Positions 9,696 to 19,288 of a DNA stretch of 48,523 nt are shown in pieces (position 1 is the stretch's first letter; every line of letters starts with the position of its first letter). The translations under genes were made by a program, and so were the position numbers. The stretch is from Capsulimonadales bacterium (lineage in GTDB: Bacteria > Armatimonadota > Armatimonadia > Armatimonadales > Armatimonadaceae), in the NCBI GenBank assembly GCA_033762295.1, contig JANRLW010000107.1, positions 1-48,523 on the forward strand, read 5' to 3'. The notes beneath the pieces are model-generated. The model had not been told where the DNA came from. It saw only the letters and a program-made list of their open reading frames with translations, and searched no databases.

Positions 9696-11762
9696 ATGTC
9701 TTTGCTTTATCGCGTTCTAGGATTTACGGCCTTCCTTGGTGCACAAATGTCACGCCAGATATTCAATTTTATCCCTTTGAATATCGGCCTGATTGCCGGC
9801 GGAGTACTGGTTATCAACTTTGCCTATTTCATCGAGTTGTCCGATACGGACGCCGGAAAATCGCCGCGTCGGCTCACAGTCGCCCAGGCGCTCAGTCCCG
9901 GAGGAGCGAAACCGGGGGATTATGTCACCCTGACCGGAACTGTTTCCGATAATCAGGTGCCGGGAGTTTCGTCGATAGAGTGGAGCACGAAATTCGTTCC
10001 GCTGGTCGATCCTGTCTCAAAACGCGGGATAATGGTGTCACGACAGCCCATCAATCTGTCGGGTAAAGGTATGGTGACCGGGATGCTTCGTTCCGTTACT
10101 CCCTCGGTCGGTAAGGTTCTACGCGAGAAAGGAGGGCATCTTGGCGAATTCCGGATTACCGACGCGTTCCAATTGAATGAGGGAGAGGCTCCGGCCCATC
10201 CGCTCCGGTTTCCGATTATCGTTCTCCTGGCAGGCGTTCCGAGCCTTCTCCTTTTCATCGTTGCGCTGATGCGTCATACGATTTTCCGGAAGATGCCGGA
10301 CAAGGCACCTTCTTTTTCGGTACTCCCTTCCGGGCCACCGGAGTCGGCTTCAATGCGATTCTCCGGCTATCTCACCTTTGCGGAAGGGTTGTCCCAGTAC
10401 TTCCAGGAGGTCCCTATCGGTCTGGGCGTGACCAAAAGTCAGGGCGCGCGCACCTTTGTTTCGCAAATCGACGCCACCGTCATTTCTTCGTGCGGAGTGA
10501 AGGATCGGTTCGGTAACTGGGCAGCCGTCATCGAGCCGGACTCATGGCGTGAGGAGGCAATCGGTCTGATTTATTTCGGCACCGCAGTACGTCCCGCGCT
10601 CCGAGTGAGTTTCCGCGACATCGCCATGGCGCAACCCCGTCAGGTTCGGTGCATACTATCCTTTGATACGGAAGCGGACCGAGACCGGATGCGCGTCGAA
10701 CTTCGTCTCCCGCCGCGCGAACTCCCGGCAAAAACTGAAGAACCAACGGAAGTTCCTGCGCCGCCTGCGCTAATGCCGCCGCTCACCCCACCCCCCCGGT
10801 TCACATCCCGTCCGGTATCGGCCGACACTTCGGAAGTTCCGGCAGCGTTGGTCGGAGTTCCGTATAAGCCAAGCGGAAGGGTCGCGCCGATCGGGATTGC
10901 CTTGATGTTCGCGACGGGTCTGGCAGGCGCGGTACTCCTCGGTGGGGTCTATCACTTCGTAACCAACTTCAGGGATATTCCTGTGCTATTCCCCGGTCTG
11001 TTCGGCCTGGCGGCGGGCGGTTGCATGCTACTGGCGATTCGCATAGGGAAATGCCGGAATCTCCTGGCGGCCCTCGTGGTCAGCGTCCTGATCGGTCTGT
11101 CGACCTACGGGGTACGGTTGATTTTCGACAGTCAGGCAGTTCGCCCGAAGATGGTTAACGGTCTGGCAAACGTACACGCTCGACGGGCTTCTGTCCCAAT
11201 CGTCGAGGCCCGCGAACGGATGGAACACGAACTGAACCCCTTACGCACGCTCCGAATCTATCTCGCTATTTCCGCCCGACAAGGCCTAAGGATCGGCAGG
11301 TCGTCCAGTAGTATGGTTTCCATCTCAACGGACGAAGGATCGAAAATCGTCAACGATAACGGAGCTATGGTTTTCAAGGACGACGGGTACTATGTTTTCA
11401 TCGTCGCGGAGGCGATTCTCGTCGCGGTATTGGCGGCATCGATCGTAGCGCCGGGAGTGCGCGCCCCGTTCTGTGAAAATACCGATCAATGGCTCGGGAT
11501 GACGCGGATCGTACGGTTGGGTCCCCATCAAAACAGGGAAATTCTGAACCGAATCCAGGCCGGCGATTGGCAAGGGTTGCGTGCGATCCGCCCGGAGGGC
11601 CATATCGGCGACCAACATTTTACGGACGTTGTGGTGTATCACCGCCAGGGTAGCCCAACGGCGGTCCTGATTGTCCGTACTCATACCGCCAACTCCAGGG
11701 AAGAGTTGCTAAACCGTGTCCTTCCGTATGACGAAGCGATCCGCCTGCTGACCGCTGTCTGA
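9696..11762 (+). CDS. Hypothetical multi-pass membrane protein, two modules joined by a Pro-rich linker
   Basis: Long ORF, several TM segments, AT-richer codon usage than the flanks. Confidence 0.7.
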   Translation: MSLLYRVLGFTAFLGAQMSRQIFNFIPLNIGLIAGGVLVINFAYFIELSDTDAGKSPRRLTVAQALSPGGAKPGDYVTLTGTVSDNQVPGVSSIEWSTKFVPLVDPVSKRGIMVSRQPINLSGKGMVTGMLRSVTPSVGKVLREKGGHLGEFRITDAFQLNEGEAPAHPLRFPIIVLLAGVPSLLLFIVALMRHTIFRKMPDKAPSFSVLPSGPPESASMRFSGYLTFAEGLSQYFQEVPIGLGVTKSQGARTFVSQIDATVISSCGVKDRFGNWAAVIEPDSWREEAIGLIYFGTAVRPALRVSFRDIAMAQPRQVRCILSFDTEADRDRMRVELRLPPRELPAKTEEPTEVPAPPALMPPLTPPPRFTSRPVSADTSEVPAALVGVPYKPSGRVAPIGIALMFATGLAGAVLLGGVYHFVTNFRDIPVLFPGLFGLAAGGCMLLAIRIGKCRNLLAALVVSVLIGLSTYGVRLIFDSQAVRPKMVNGLANVHARRASVPIVEARERMEHELNPLRTLRIYLAISARQGLRIGRSSSSMVSISTDEGSKIVNDNGAMVFKDDGYYVFIVAEAILVAVLAASIVAPGVRAPFCENTDQWLGMTRIVRLGPHQNREILNRIQAGDWQGLRAIRPEGHIGDQHFTDVVVYHRQGSPTAVLIVRTHTANSREELLNRVLPYDEAIRLLTAV

Positions 11763-11772
11763 AAGGAGGCCT

Positions 11773-12045
11773 ATGGCGCAGATACTCGTGGCGGCGGAAC
11801 GCAATATCGTACGTTTAATACAAGTTAACCTTGAGCGGCAGGGATATGCGGTGAAAACAGCGTACAATGAAGATCAGTTAAGGGCGCGGCTGACGGCCGA
11901 ACCGTTTGATCTGGTCGTTACGACCTTCCGGGTTCCCGTGATCGTTGGACGGGACCCCGAGGTGCTGCAGCTGACATCGTTGACAGCGGCAGGCATTTCG
12001 GAAGCGGTTCGGCAGCTACTGGCGAAACGACGAAAGCGTAAGTGA
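11773..12045 (+). CDS. Degenerate, short receiver (REC)-like protein
   Basis: ILVAAERNIVRLIQVNLERQGYAV...FDLVVTT resembles REC beta1-beta3 but lacks the acidic pocket and phospho-Asp; strong RBS AAAGGAGG. Confidence 0.65.
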   Translation: MAQILVAAERNIVRLIQVNLERQGYAVKTAYNEDQLRARLTAEPFDLVVTTFRVPVIVGRDPEVLQLTSLTAAGISEAVRQLLAKRRKRK

Positions 12046-12052
12046 GGAAGCA

Positions 12053-13507
12053 ATGAGCGGACAGTTTTGCGGGCGGACACGACGGCAGTTCCTCTGGGAA
12101 CTGGGCGCGGGCTTTACCGGAGTGGCGTTAGCCGGGATGCTGGAGGAGGCGTTCTTTGCGAAACAGGCGGTCGCCGCCGATGGGCAGACGCCGTTCAAAA
12201 ACCCGCTTGCGCCGAAGAAGCCGCACTTCCCCGGCAAGGCGAAGAGCGTGATCTTTCTCTACATGTACGGCGGGCCGTCCCACATCGACACGTTCGATTA
12301 CAAGCCGACGATGAAGGGTCGCGATAACCAGACCGTGCAGGTAAAGACGTTCGGACGCGGCGGACATAAGAATGTCGGGCGGATCGTCGAACCCCGCTGG
12401 GAGTTCAAACAGTACGGGCAGTGCGGAAAGTGGGTCTCGGACCTCTTCCCGAACCTCGCGCAACATGTGGATGAGATGGCGTTCATCCACTCCATGACCG
12501 CCGATTCCCCGATCCACGGTTCGGCGATGATCCAGATGAACACCGGCAAGATCCTGTCCGGTTCCCCCTGCATGGGCTCCTGGGTCAACTACGGTCTCGG
12601 TTCCGAGAACGAGAACCTGCCCGGATTTGTCGTTATGCTCGACCCGCGCGGCGGCCCGATCTCCGGCCCGAAGAACTGGTCGTCGGGTTATATGCCCGCG
12701 ACCTACCAGGCGACGACAATCGCCGCGACCGCGACCCCGATCCTCGACCTGAAACGGCCGGAAACGATGACCGCCGCGGAACAGCGTCGTCTGCTCGATG
12801 CTCTGAAGGACTACAACGAGGCGCACGCGTCGCTGCGCGGCGACAACTCCAACCTGGCCGCCCGCATCGCATCGTACGAACTCGCCTACAAGATGCAGTC
12901 CGCCGCGCCGGAAGCCACCGACCTCGCCCGCGAACCGGAGCCTATCAAGGAGTTGTACGGTCTGAACGATAAGCGAACCGAAGCGTTCGGTCGCCAGTGC
13001 CTGATGGCGCGGCGGCTGGTCGAACGAGGCGTCCGTTTTATCCAGATCTACTCCGGCGGCTCCCATGGCGACGCGAACTGGGACGCCCATGACGACCTGA
13101 AGTACAACCATGATCTGCACGCCGGAGAGACGGATCGGCCGATCGCCGGTCTGCTGACCGATCTGAAACAGCGGGGAATGCTGGATTCCACCCTGATCGT
13201 CTGGGGCGGCGAGTTCGGTCGTCAGCCGACGGCGGAGTACGAAAAGGGAACCGGACGGGACCATAACGCCTACGGCTTCACGATGTGGCTGGCGGGTGGC
13301 GGCATTAAGGGCGGCGTCAGTATCGGCAAGACCGACGAACTCGGCAGTCGGGCCGTCGAGGACCCGTTCGCGGTCAAGCACCTCCATGCGACCATGCTCC
13401 AGTGCCTGGGTCTGGACCCCAATCGACTGACGTACTTTTACGCCGGACTCGACCAGAAACTTGTCGGCGTCGAAGGCGCACAGCCGATCCGGCCGATTCT
13501 CGTCTGA
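12053..13507 (+). CDS. DUF1501 domain protein with Tat signal
   Basis: TRRQFL; AKSVIFLYMYGGPSHIDTFD; CLMARRLVERGVRF; WGGEFGR; GRDHN. Confidence 0.93.
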   Translation: MSGQFCGRTRRQFLWELGAGFTGVALAGMLEEAFFAKQAVAADGQTPFKNPLAPKKPHFPGKAKSVIFLYMYGGPSHIDTFDYKPTMKGRDNQTVQVKTFGRGGHKNVGRIVEPRWEFKQYGQCGKWVSDLFPNLAQHVDEMAFIHSMTADSPIHGSAMIQMNTGKILSGSPCMGSWVNYGLGSENENLPGFVVMLDPRGGPISGPKNWSSGYMPATYQATTIAATATPILDLKRPETMTAAEQRRLLDALKDYNEAHASLRGDNSNLAARIASYELAYKMQSAAPEATDLAREPEPIKELYGLNDKRTEAFGRQCLMARRLVERGVRFIQIYSGGSHGDANWDAHDDLKYNHDLHAGETDRPIAGLLTDLKQRGMLDSTLIVWGGEFGRQPTAEYEKGTGRDHNAYGFTMWLAGGGIKGGVSIGKTDELGSRAVEDPFAVKHLHATMLQCLGLDPNRLTYFYAGLDQKLVGVEGAQPIRPILV

Positions 13508-13515
13508 AACCTGTG

Positions 13516-14091
13516 ATGCGACCTCTTCGGCGGATCGGTGTCTTTTGCGGGTCGAGTTCGGGGGCGCGGCCGGAGTACCGGGAGGCGGCGGTCGATCTCG
13601 CGCGTTTTCTGGCGGCGGAAGGGATCGGACTGGTCTACGGCGGGGCGAACCTGGGCACGATGGGCCTGCTGGCGGAAACCATGCAGAACGCGGGCGGTGA
13701 TGTCATCGGCGTGATTCCGCAGTCGCTGGTCGATAAGGAGATCGCGCGCCGGGAACTGGCCGATCTACGAATCGTCGGCTCGATGCACGAGCGCAAAGCC
13801 CTGATGGCCGACCTTTCCGACGCCGTCATCGCGCTTCCGGGCGGACTGGGCACCCTCGACGAGTTGTTCGAAACCCTCACCTGGAACCAGTTGGACCTGC
13901 AACAGAAGCCGTGCGGCTTGCTCAATGTCGCCGGCTTCTATGACGGACTGATCGCCTTTCTCTCCCATGCGGTGCGGGAACGCTTCCTTCGTCCCGAACA
14001 TGCCGCGATGCTCCGGGTCGCGAACACTCCCGACGCGTTAATCGAGGAACTGCGCCATTTCGAGCCGCCTCGTCTCGGAAAGTGGTTCTGA
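13516..14091 (+). CDS. LOG family (TIGR00730) nucleotide monophosphate nucleosidase
   Basis: VFCGSS, LVYGG, SMHERKALM, PGGLGTLDELFE. Confidence 0.93.
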   Translation: MRPLRRIGVFCGSSSGARPEYREAAVDLARFLAAEGIGLVYGGANLGTMGLLAETMQNAGGDVIGVIPQSLVDKEIARRELADLRIVGSMHERKALMADLSDAVIALPGGLGTLDELFETLTWNQLDLQQKPCGLLNVAGFYDGLIAFLSHAVRERFLRPEHAAMLRVANTPDALIEELRHFEPPRLGKWF

Positions 14092-14109
14092 GACGGTTCG
14101 GCAAGCGCA

Positions 14110-14140
14110 TTGACAGCCGATCCCTCCGGCGTGCTATCAT
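14110..14140 (+). promoter_or_regulatory. sigma70-type promoter with extended -10
   Basis: TTGACA 14110, TGCTATCAT 14132-14140, ATG 8 nt downstream; spacer is long (19 nt). Confidence 0.5.
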
Positions 14141-14148
14141 GGCGGACC

Positions 14149-15093
14149 ATGAGAAACTCCGTACTGAAATCGCTGGCGCTCGCCGTGCTGCTGACGGCAT
14201 GTTGCACGGGCGCGATAGTGCAGACCAAACACCCGGTTCTCGGCCAGGATCGCGGCAAAATCACCTTCCTCAACGCCGACGGCAAGGTCGAATGGCAGGT
14301 AGCCTGTCCGTTCACCTCACATGATATCTCCCTGTTGCCGGGCGGAACCTTTCTGATTCAAACGTCCGCACGGAACGTTCTGGAGATGGACCGCACCGGG
14401 AAGGTCCTCTGGCAATGGAACGCGAAGCCGAAACCTCCCTACGACGGCGCGGTGGAGATCCATGCCTTTCAGCGGTTGAGCGATGGCGTGACGATGATCG
14501 CCGAATCGGGCAATCGCCGAATTATCGAGGTCGATAAGGACGGGACCATTGTCAGGGAGGTGCCGCTGACGGTGGATAAGCCGAACGCGCATCGCGACAC
14601 GCGCCTCGCCCGCAAGCTGAAAAACGGAAACTACCTGGTCTGCCACGAAGGCGACGGTGTTGTTCGGGAGTACAACCCGACCGGCAGGATCGTCTGGAGT
14701 TACGCCCTGGACCTGAACGGTCAGGAGCGGACGCCCGGTCACGACGGACACGGCACGGAGGTCTTCGGCGCGGTCCGCCTGAAGAACGGGAACACGCTGA
14801 TCGCCGGGGGCAACAATAATCGGGTCCTCGAAGTGACCGGGGAGGGAAAAGTGGTCTGGAGCGTGGAGCGGGAGGAACTCCCGGGTATCCGCCTCTGCTG
14901 GGTGACGACGCTCGCCGTCCTCCCGAACGGCCACATCGTTATCGGCAACACGCACGCCGGACCGGACCAACCGCAGATGATCGAGATCACGCGGGACAAG
15001 AAAGTGGTCTGGACCTTGAGGAACTGGGAGGTATTCGGCAACGATCTGGCGGCGGCGCAGGTAACGGATATCAAAGGCGAGGTGATCCGATAG
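14149..15093 (+). CDS. Secreted PQQ-like/arylsulfotransferase-like beta-propeller protein
   Basis: Signal peptide; repeated 'L.NGN.LI....R++E+...G++VW' blades. Confidence 0.8.
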   Translation: MRNSVLKSLALAVLLTACCTGAIVQTKHPVLGQDRGKITFLNADGKVEWQVACPFTSHDISLLPGGTFLIQTSARNVLEMDRTGKVLWQWNAKPKPPYDGAVEIHAFQRLSDGVTMIAESGNRRIIEVDKDGTIVREVPLTVDKPNAHRDTRLARKLKNGNYLVCHEGDGVVREYNPTGRIVWSYALDLNGQERTPGHDGHGTEVFGAVRLKNGNTLIAGGNNNRVLEVTGEGKVVWSVEREELPGIRLCWVTTLAVLPNGHIVIGNTHAGPDQPQMIEITRDKKVVWTLRNWEVFGNDLAAAQVTDIKGEVIR

Positions 15094-15125
15094 GCGCGTG
15101 TACCGCGCGAGACAACGGTGGCAAC

Positions 15126-15161
15126 AAAAAAGAGGGGGCCGAATGGCTCCCTCTTTTTTTT
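15126..15161. terminator. Bidirectional rho-independent terminator
   Basis: AAAAAAGAGGGGGCC-GAAT-GGCTCCCTCTTTTTTTT between convergent genes. Confidence 0.85.
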
Positions 15162-15173
15162 CGTTGTCCGGGG

Positions 15174-16244
15174 TTATTCCACGGTGGCGATGGTGATCGC
15201 GATGACCTTGTTTCCGCCCTGCAGCGGGTTGGCGAGTCCGCGTTCGTTAAGGAACTGGAACTGGACATGGTAGTTTTTGCGGTAGGAGCAGACCAGGATA
15301 TTGCCGACCTGGTAGTGCTCTTCCGGGTAACCATAGGCGCGAACGACATCCTGGTAGGTGGAACCGAGCACGACCCGTCGCGCGGTTCGGGCGTTTCCGC
15401 CTTTGTAACCGGAGACGCGGATCTGGCTGACGTTCCCGTTGGGTCCGATCAGGAATTCATAGGCGATCTGGTTATTGTTGACTTTGCGATAGTAGATCCA
15501 GGTCACTTCCTGCTGGGGAGCGAGGGTGGAGATGGTCTGTCCGAACTGTCCGACTCCGCCACCGATGCCACCGGCGCCGCCCCGTCCGCCGGGGAATCCG
15601 GCACCCGCCGCGCCACCGGGGAAGCCGGCCCCGCCCGGCGCACCCGGGAAGCCGCCACCCACGCCGCCGAAGTTGCCCTCATCCGCGTCATCGCCGCCGC
15701 GATTGCGTCCGAACGCACCGCCCTGCGCGCCGAAACCGCCGCCCTGGGCACCGAAACCGCCGCGTCCGGCAAAACCGCTCGCGCCGCCGAAGGCGCCGCC
15801 ACCGCCGCCGGGGAAGCCGCTCGCCCCACCGATCGGGGCCGCGCCGAAGCCGCCGCCGACCGGGGCTGCGCCGAAGCTACCGCCGCGTCCGCCCCCGCCG
15901 AAGCCGGGGAGTCCGCCGCCCGTCGGTGCACCGCCGAAGCCGCCCGGCGCGCCAAAACCGCCACGTGCGCCGCCGAAGGCACCGCCACCGCCGCCGTAGC
16001 CGCCGCCTCCGAAGTTCGCCGCCTGACCGCCGCCCGTCTGCGGGACGCCGCGCACCCCGAGTTCGCCGATGATGACCTCATTCGGGTTGCCGTACAGGCG
16101 GAGCACCGCCGACTGATTGGCGTTCAGGCGGATCCCCGCCAGTTCGCGCTCATATCTCTGAGCCTGCGCCGGCTGCGCCAAAGCAAGAATGCCCGCCGCT
16201 GTCAGAATCGCGCCGCCGATACGCCCTGTCTCGCGCCACACCAT
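15174..16244 (-). CDS. Secreted protein with long Gly/Phe-rich low-complexity insert
   Basis: RBS AAGGAGGAG; signal peptide ending AQA; about 170 aa of GGF/GGA repeats between ordered segments. Confidence 0.8.
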   Translation of the reverse strand: MVWRETGRIGGAILTAAGILALAQPAQAQRYERELAGIRLNANQSAVLRLYGNPNEVIIGELGVRGVPQTGGGQAANFGGGGYGGGGGAFGGARGGFGAPGGFGGAPTGGGLPGFGGGGRGGSFGAAPVGGGFGAAPIGGASGFPGGGGGAFGGASGFAGRGGFGAQGGGFGAQGGAFGRNRGGDDADEGNFGGVGGGFPGAPGGAGFPGGAAGAGFPGGRGGAGGIGGGVGQFGQTISTLAPQQEVTWIYYRKVNNNQIAYEFLIGPNGNVSQIRVSGYKGGNARTARRVVLGSTYQDVVRAYGYPEEHYQVGNILVCSYRKNYHVQFQFLNERGLANPLQGGNKVIAITIATVE

Positions 16245-16573
16245 TTGAAAACTCCTCCTTCAGCGACGGACCACCGCCTCCGGCACGGTCTGCGTCCCTG
16301 GTCTCTTGCCGATCTGTTTCTATTTCCGTCCCGCCGACTCCTCCGTTCGCCCGGGGAATCGCGGGATGTTTCGCATCGCTCGTATCCTATATATACGGCG
16401 AAACGCCGCGCATCCGTACCCATTGTACCCGGATTTTAAGGATATTTCGGACGGATATCTTGTCACGCATGCCGTTTGTTGATAAGGTACAAAAAATACC
16501 GGGTCCATGTCAAGTCCATGTCAAGCCCGGGCCGCGGTCGATTCCGAAACCCGTTCCGACGCCCACCGAATTC

Positions 16574-19234
16574 ATGTCGTTTCTCTCGCCTACCGCCGCC
16601 CTCTCCGCGCTGACCGACCCGAAAGCGATCACCGAATTCGCCTGGCAACAGCGCCTTGCGCTCCAGGAACGCTGGAACCCGGGACGCGGCGGCCGCTACT
16701 GGATGCAGGACCATGCCGCGCTGCTCGATGCCGTCATCAAGCGACTTTTCTCCCTGAGTACGGAACGCGCGAACCGGACTGATAACGAAGGCATCGCCAT
16801 TATTGCGACGGGCGGTTACGGACAGCGACTGCTCGCGCCCGGTTCCGATCTCGATGTGACCTTTCTCTCCGCCCGCGATGACGATCCGGACGTCCTTCGC
16901 ATTATGTTCACCCTGATTACCGATGTCCTGATGTCCGGACTCCGGGTCAAAGTGGGCTATTTTTACTGCACTCTCGCCGATGTCGCCGGGGGCGTTCTCG
17001 ACCATCACCGGCAGACCTCGTTCCTGGATGCCCGGCTGATCTGCGGCGACGGCAACCTCTTCGCCCGGTTTGACCGGATTTACGCGGCCTCCCTTCAAAC
17101 GGCCGATTTTCTCTTTCGCAAGGAAACCGAGTACCATCGACGTCGCGCCCGCCCGGAGCATGCGCTCTACTCCGTCGAGCCGGATGTGAAGAACGGAACC
17201 GGCGGGCTGCGCGACCTCCAGACCGCGTCCTGGATGGGACGCGTTCGTTTCCATCGGCCCGGCGAAGCGCTCTGGCGTGATCTGGTGCGCCGCCGGGTCG
17301 TCACACGCGAGGATATGAAGGACTTCGGCGAGGCGCGTGAGTTCCTCCTGACCGTTCGCTGCGGTCTGCACTTCGCCGCCGGCGACCGCCGCGATCTTCT
17401 TTCCCGGCAGCGGCAGGAGGAGGTCGCCGCCCGTCTCGGTTTCCGGGAGGCGTCCGACATCCCCGATATCCAGGGCTTCATGGAACGGTACTATTCGGCG
17501 GCCGCCGGTATCGCCCGCATCGCGGACAAGGTCGTGACCCGTTGCATGGAAAGTCCGATCGAACTCGGCCACGAGACCGGACTCTCCTCCGTCCGACGCC
17601 GGGTTTCCATCACCGATCCGCGGGCGGCCGAAGGCCATCCCCTCTGGCCGTTTCTGGCGCTCGATTACTGTCAGACACACGAACTGGAACTCTCCGTGGC
17701 CACGGAGGAAGCGGTCCAGCGTTACCTGGCCCGTACGCCCTTCGCCGAGGAGGAGACGCACCGTGAGGCCGGACGCATTCTCCTTTCCCTGCTCGCGCGC
17801 CCCGGAGACGCGGTCGCGACCCTGCACCGGATGCATAAGATCGGTCTCCTGCAAGCGCTTTTGCCGGAGTTCGACCGCTGTATGACCCTGATGCCGTACG
17901 ATCCGTCCCATGTGCACACGATCGGCGAACACAGCCTGAACGTCCTCGGGAACATTCTGGAGCTGCGGGACCGTGTCAGGGACACCGATCCGCTCCTCGG
18001 ACGCTACCGGGCCGTTCTGAAAACGCTGGAAGAGCCTCTGCCCCTCTATCTGGCCGCGCTTCTCCACGATATCGGCAAGCAGTGGCCGCACGACCGATCC
18101 GGGACCCGCCGCCCCCACGAGGAGACCGGCGCGGAACGGGTACCGGAGATCGGCGCGCGTCTCAACGCGTCCCGTGATGTGATTGCGGACACGGAGTTTC
18201 TGGTCCGTCAGCATCTGCTGCTTGCGGCCACCTCGCGCCTTCGCGACCTCGGCCACACGGATACCATACGGGAGGTCGCCCGACTCGTCGGCGATGTCGA
18301 ACGCCTGCGAATGCTGTATCTGCTGACCTGGGCGGACACCAGGGCGGTCGGGCCGGGCGTTCTCACCGAGATGAACGCCCGACTGCTGACCGAGTTGTTC
18401 GAGCGCACCGAGGCTTTCCTGGAGGCGCAACACCGCAGCGGATCGGAAGCGGAGGCGGCGGAGACGGCCCGGTTAAACGCTTTCCGGGAACGTCTTCAGC
18501 GACAGCTCGCCCGGGACAGCGCGGCGATCGGGCCGGAGGCGATCCGGGAACACGTCCAGGCTATGCCCGCCGCCTACCTGCTCAATACGCCGCCGGAGGC
18601 GATGTCCAAACACCTGGCCATGATCGCCCGGCTGCGCGAAGGGACGGAAAGCGTCGTGCTCGATCTGCGGACGACCTCTCCCGAGAACGGCCAGACCGAA
18701 ATCACCGTCGTCACCTGGGACGCGCCGGCCCTGCTGGCCAAGCTCACCGGCGTCCTGGTCGCCTGGGAGGTGCCGTTGCATCGAGCGCAGGTTTTCACCC
18801 GGGAGACGGGCCAGGAGCGGATCGCGATCGATACCCTCCTGGTCGACCACCATGGCCGCCCCCTTTCCACCGACCGGCGCGCCGCCGTCGACAGAGCGAT
18901 TCGTGAGGTTCTGTCCGGCCAGCAGACGGTCGCGGATCTCCTCGCGCGCCGTCGCAAGACGTTCACCATGATCCAGACGATCCGCTCGTTGCGCGTCGAC
19001 GATACCGCGTCGGCCGACTACACCGTTCTGGATGTGGAGACGCCGGACGAGACCGGCGTCGTCTATCGTCTGGCCGCGCTGATGACCGGTTTCGGCTGGA
19101 ACATTCATGCGGCGCGCGTTACCGCCTGGGGTGGGTCGGCCCGTTGCGCCTTCTACCTGACCGACGCCGCAGGAAAAGTGCTCCCCGCTCTGCAAACCGA
19201 GGCCCATCTGCGCGATAGCCTTCCGCTGGCCTGA
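16574..19234 (+). CDS. glnD: [Protein-PII] uridylyltransferase/uridylyl-removing enzyme
   Basis: ATGGYG...PGSDLD nucleotidyltransferase motif; EPDVKNGTGGLRD; HDIGK HD domain; two C-terminal ACT-like domains. Confidence 0.9.
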   Translation: MSFLSPTAALSALTDPKAITEFAWQQRLALQERWNPGRGGRYWMQDHAALLDAVIKRLFSLSTERANRTDNEGIAIIATGGYGQRLLAPGSDLDVTFLSARDDDPDVLRIMFTLITDVLMSGLRVKVGYFYCTLADVAGGVLDHHRQTSFLDARLICGDGNLFARFDRIYAASLQTADFLFRKETEYHRRRARPEHALYSVEPDVKNGTGGLRDLQTASWMGRVRFHRPGEALWRDLVRRRVVTREDMKDFGEAREFLLTVRCGLHFAAGDRRDLLSRQRQEEVAARLGFREASDIPDIQGFMERYYSAAAGIARIADKVVTRCMESPIELGHETGLSSVRRRVSITDPRAAEGHPLWPFLALDYCQTHELELSVATEEAVQRYLARTPFAEEETHREAGRILLSLLARPGDAVATLHRMHKIGLLQALLPEFDRCMTLMPYDPSHVHTIGEHSLNVLGNILELRDRVRDTDPLLGRYRAVLKTLEEPLPLYLAALLHDIGKQWPHDRSGTRRPHEETGAERVPEIGARLNASRDVIADTEFLVRQHLLLAATSRLRDLGHTDTIREVARLVGDVERLRMLYLLTWADTRAVGPGVLTEMNARLLTELFERTEAFLEAQHRSGSEAEAAETARLNAFRERLQRQLARDSAAIGPEAIREHVQAMPAAYLLNTPPEAMSKHLAMIARLREGTESVVLDLRTTSPENGQTEITVVTWDAPALLAKLTGVLVAWEVPLHRAQVFTRETGQERIAIDTLLVDHHGRPLSTDRRAAVDRAIREVLSGQQTVADLLARRRKTFTMIQTIRSLRVDDTASADYTVLDVETPDETGVVYRLAALMTGFGWNIHAARVTAWGGSARCAFYLTDAAGKVLPALQTEAHLRDSLPLA

Positions 19235-19288
19235 TCGAATCGGGTAGAATCACCGCACCACGAGGAACCGAATAACAGGACTTTCACC

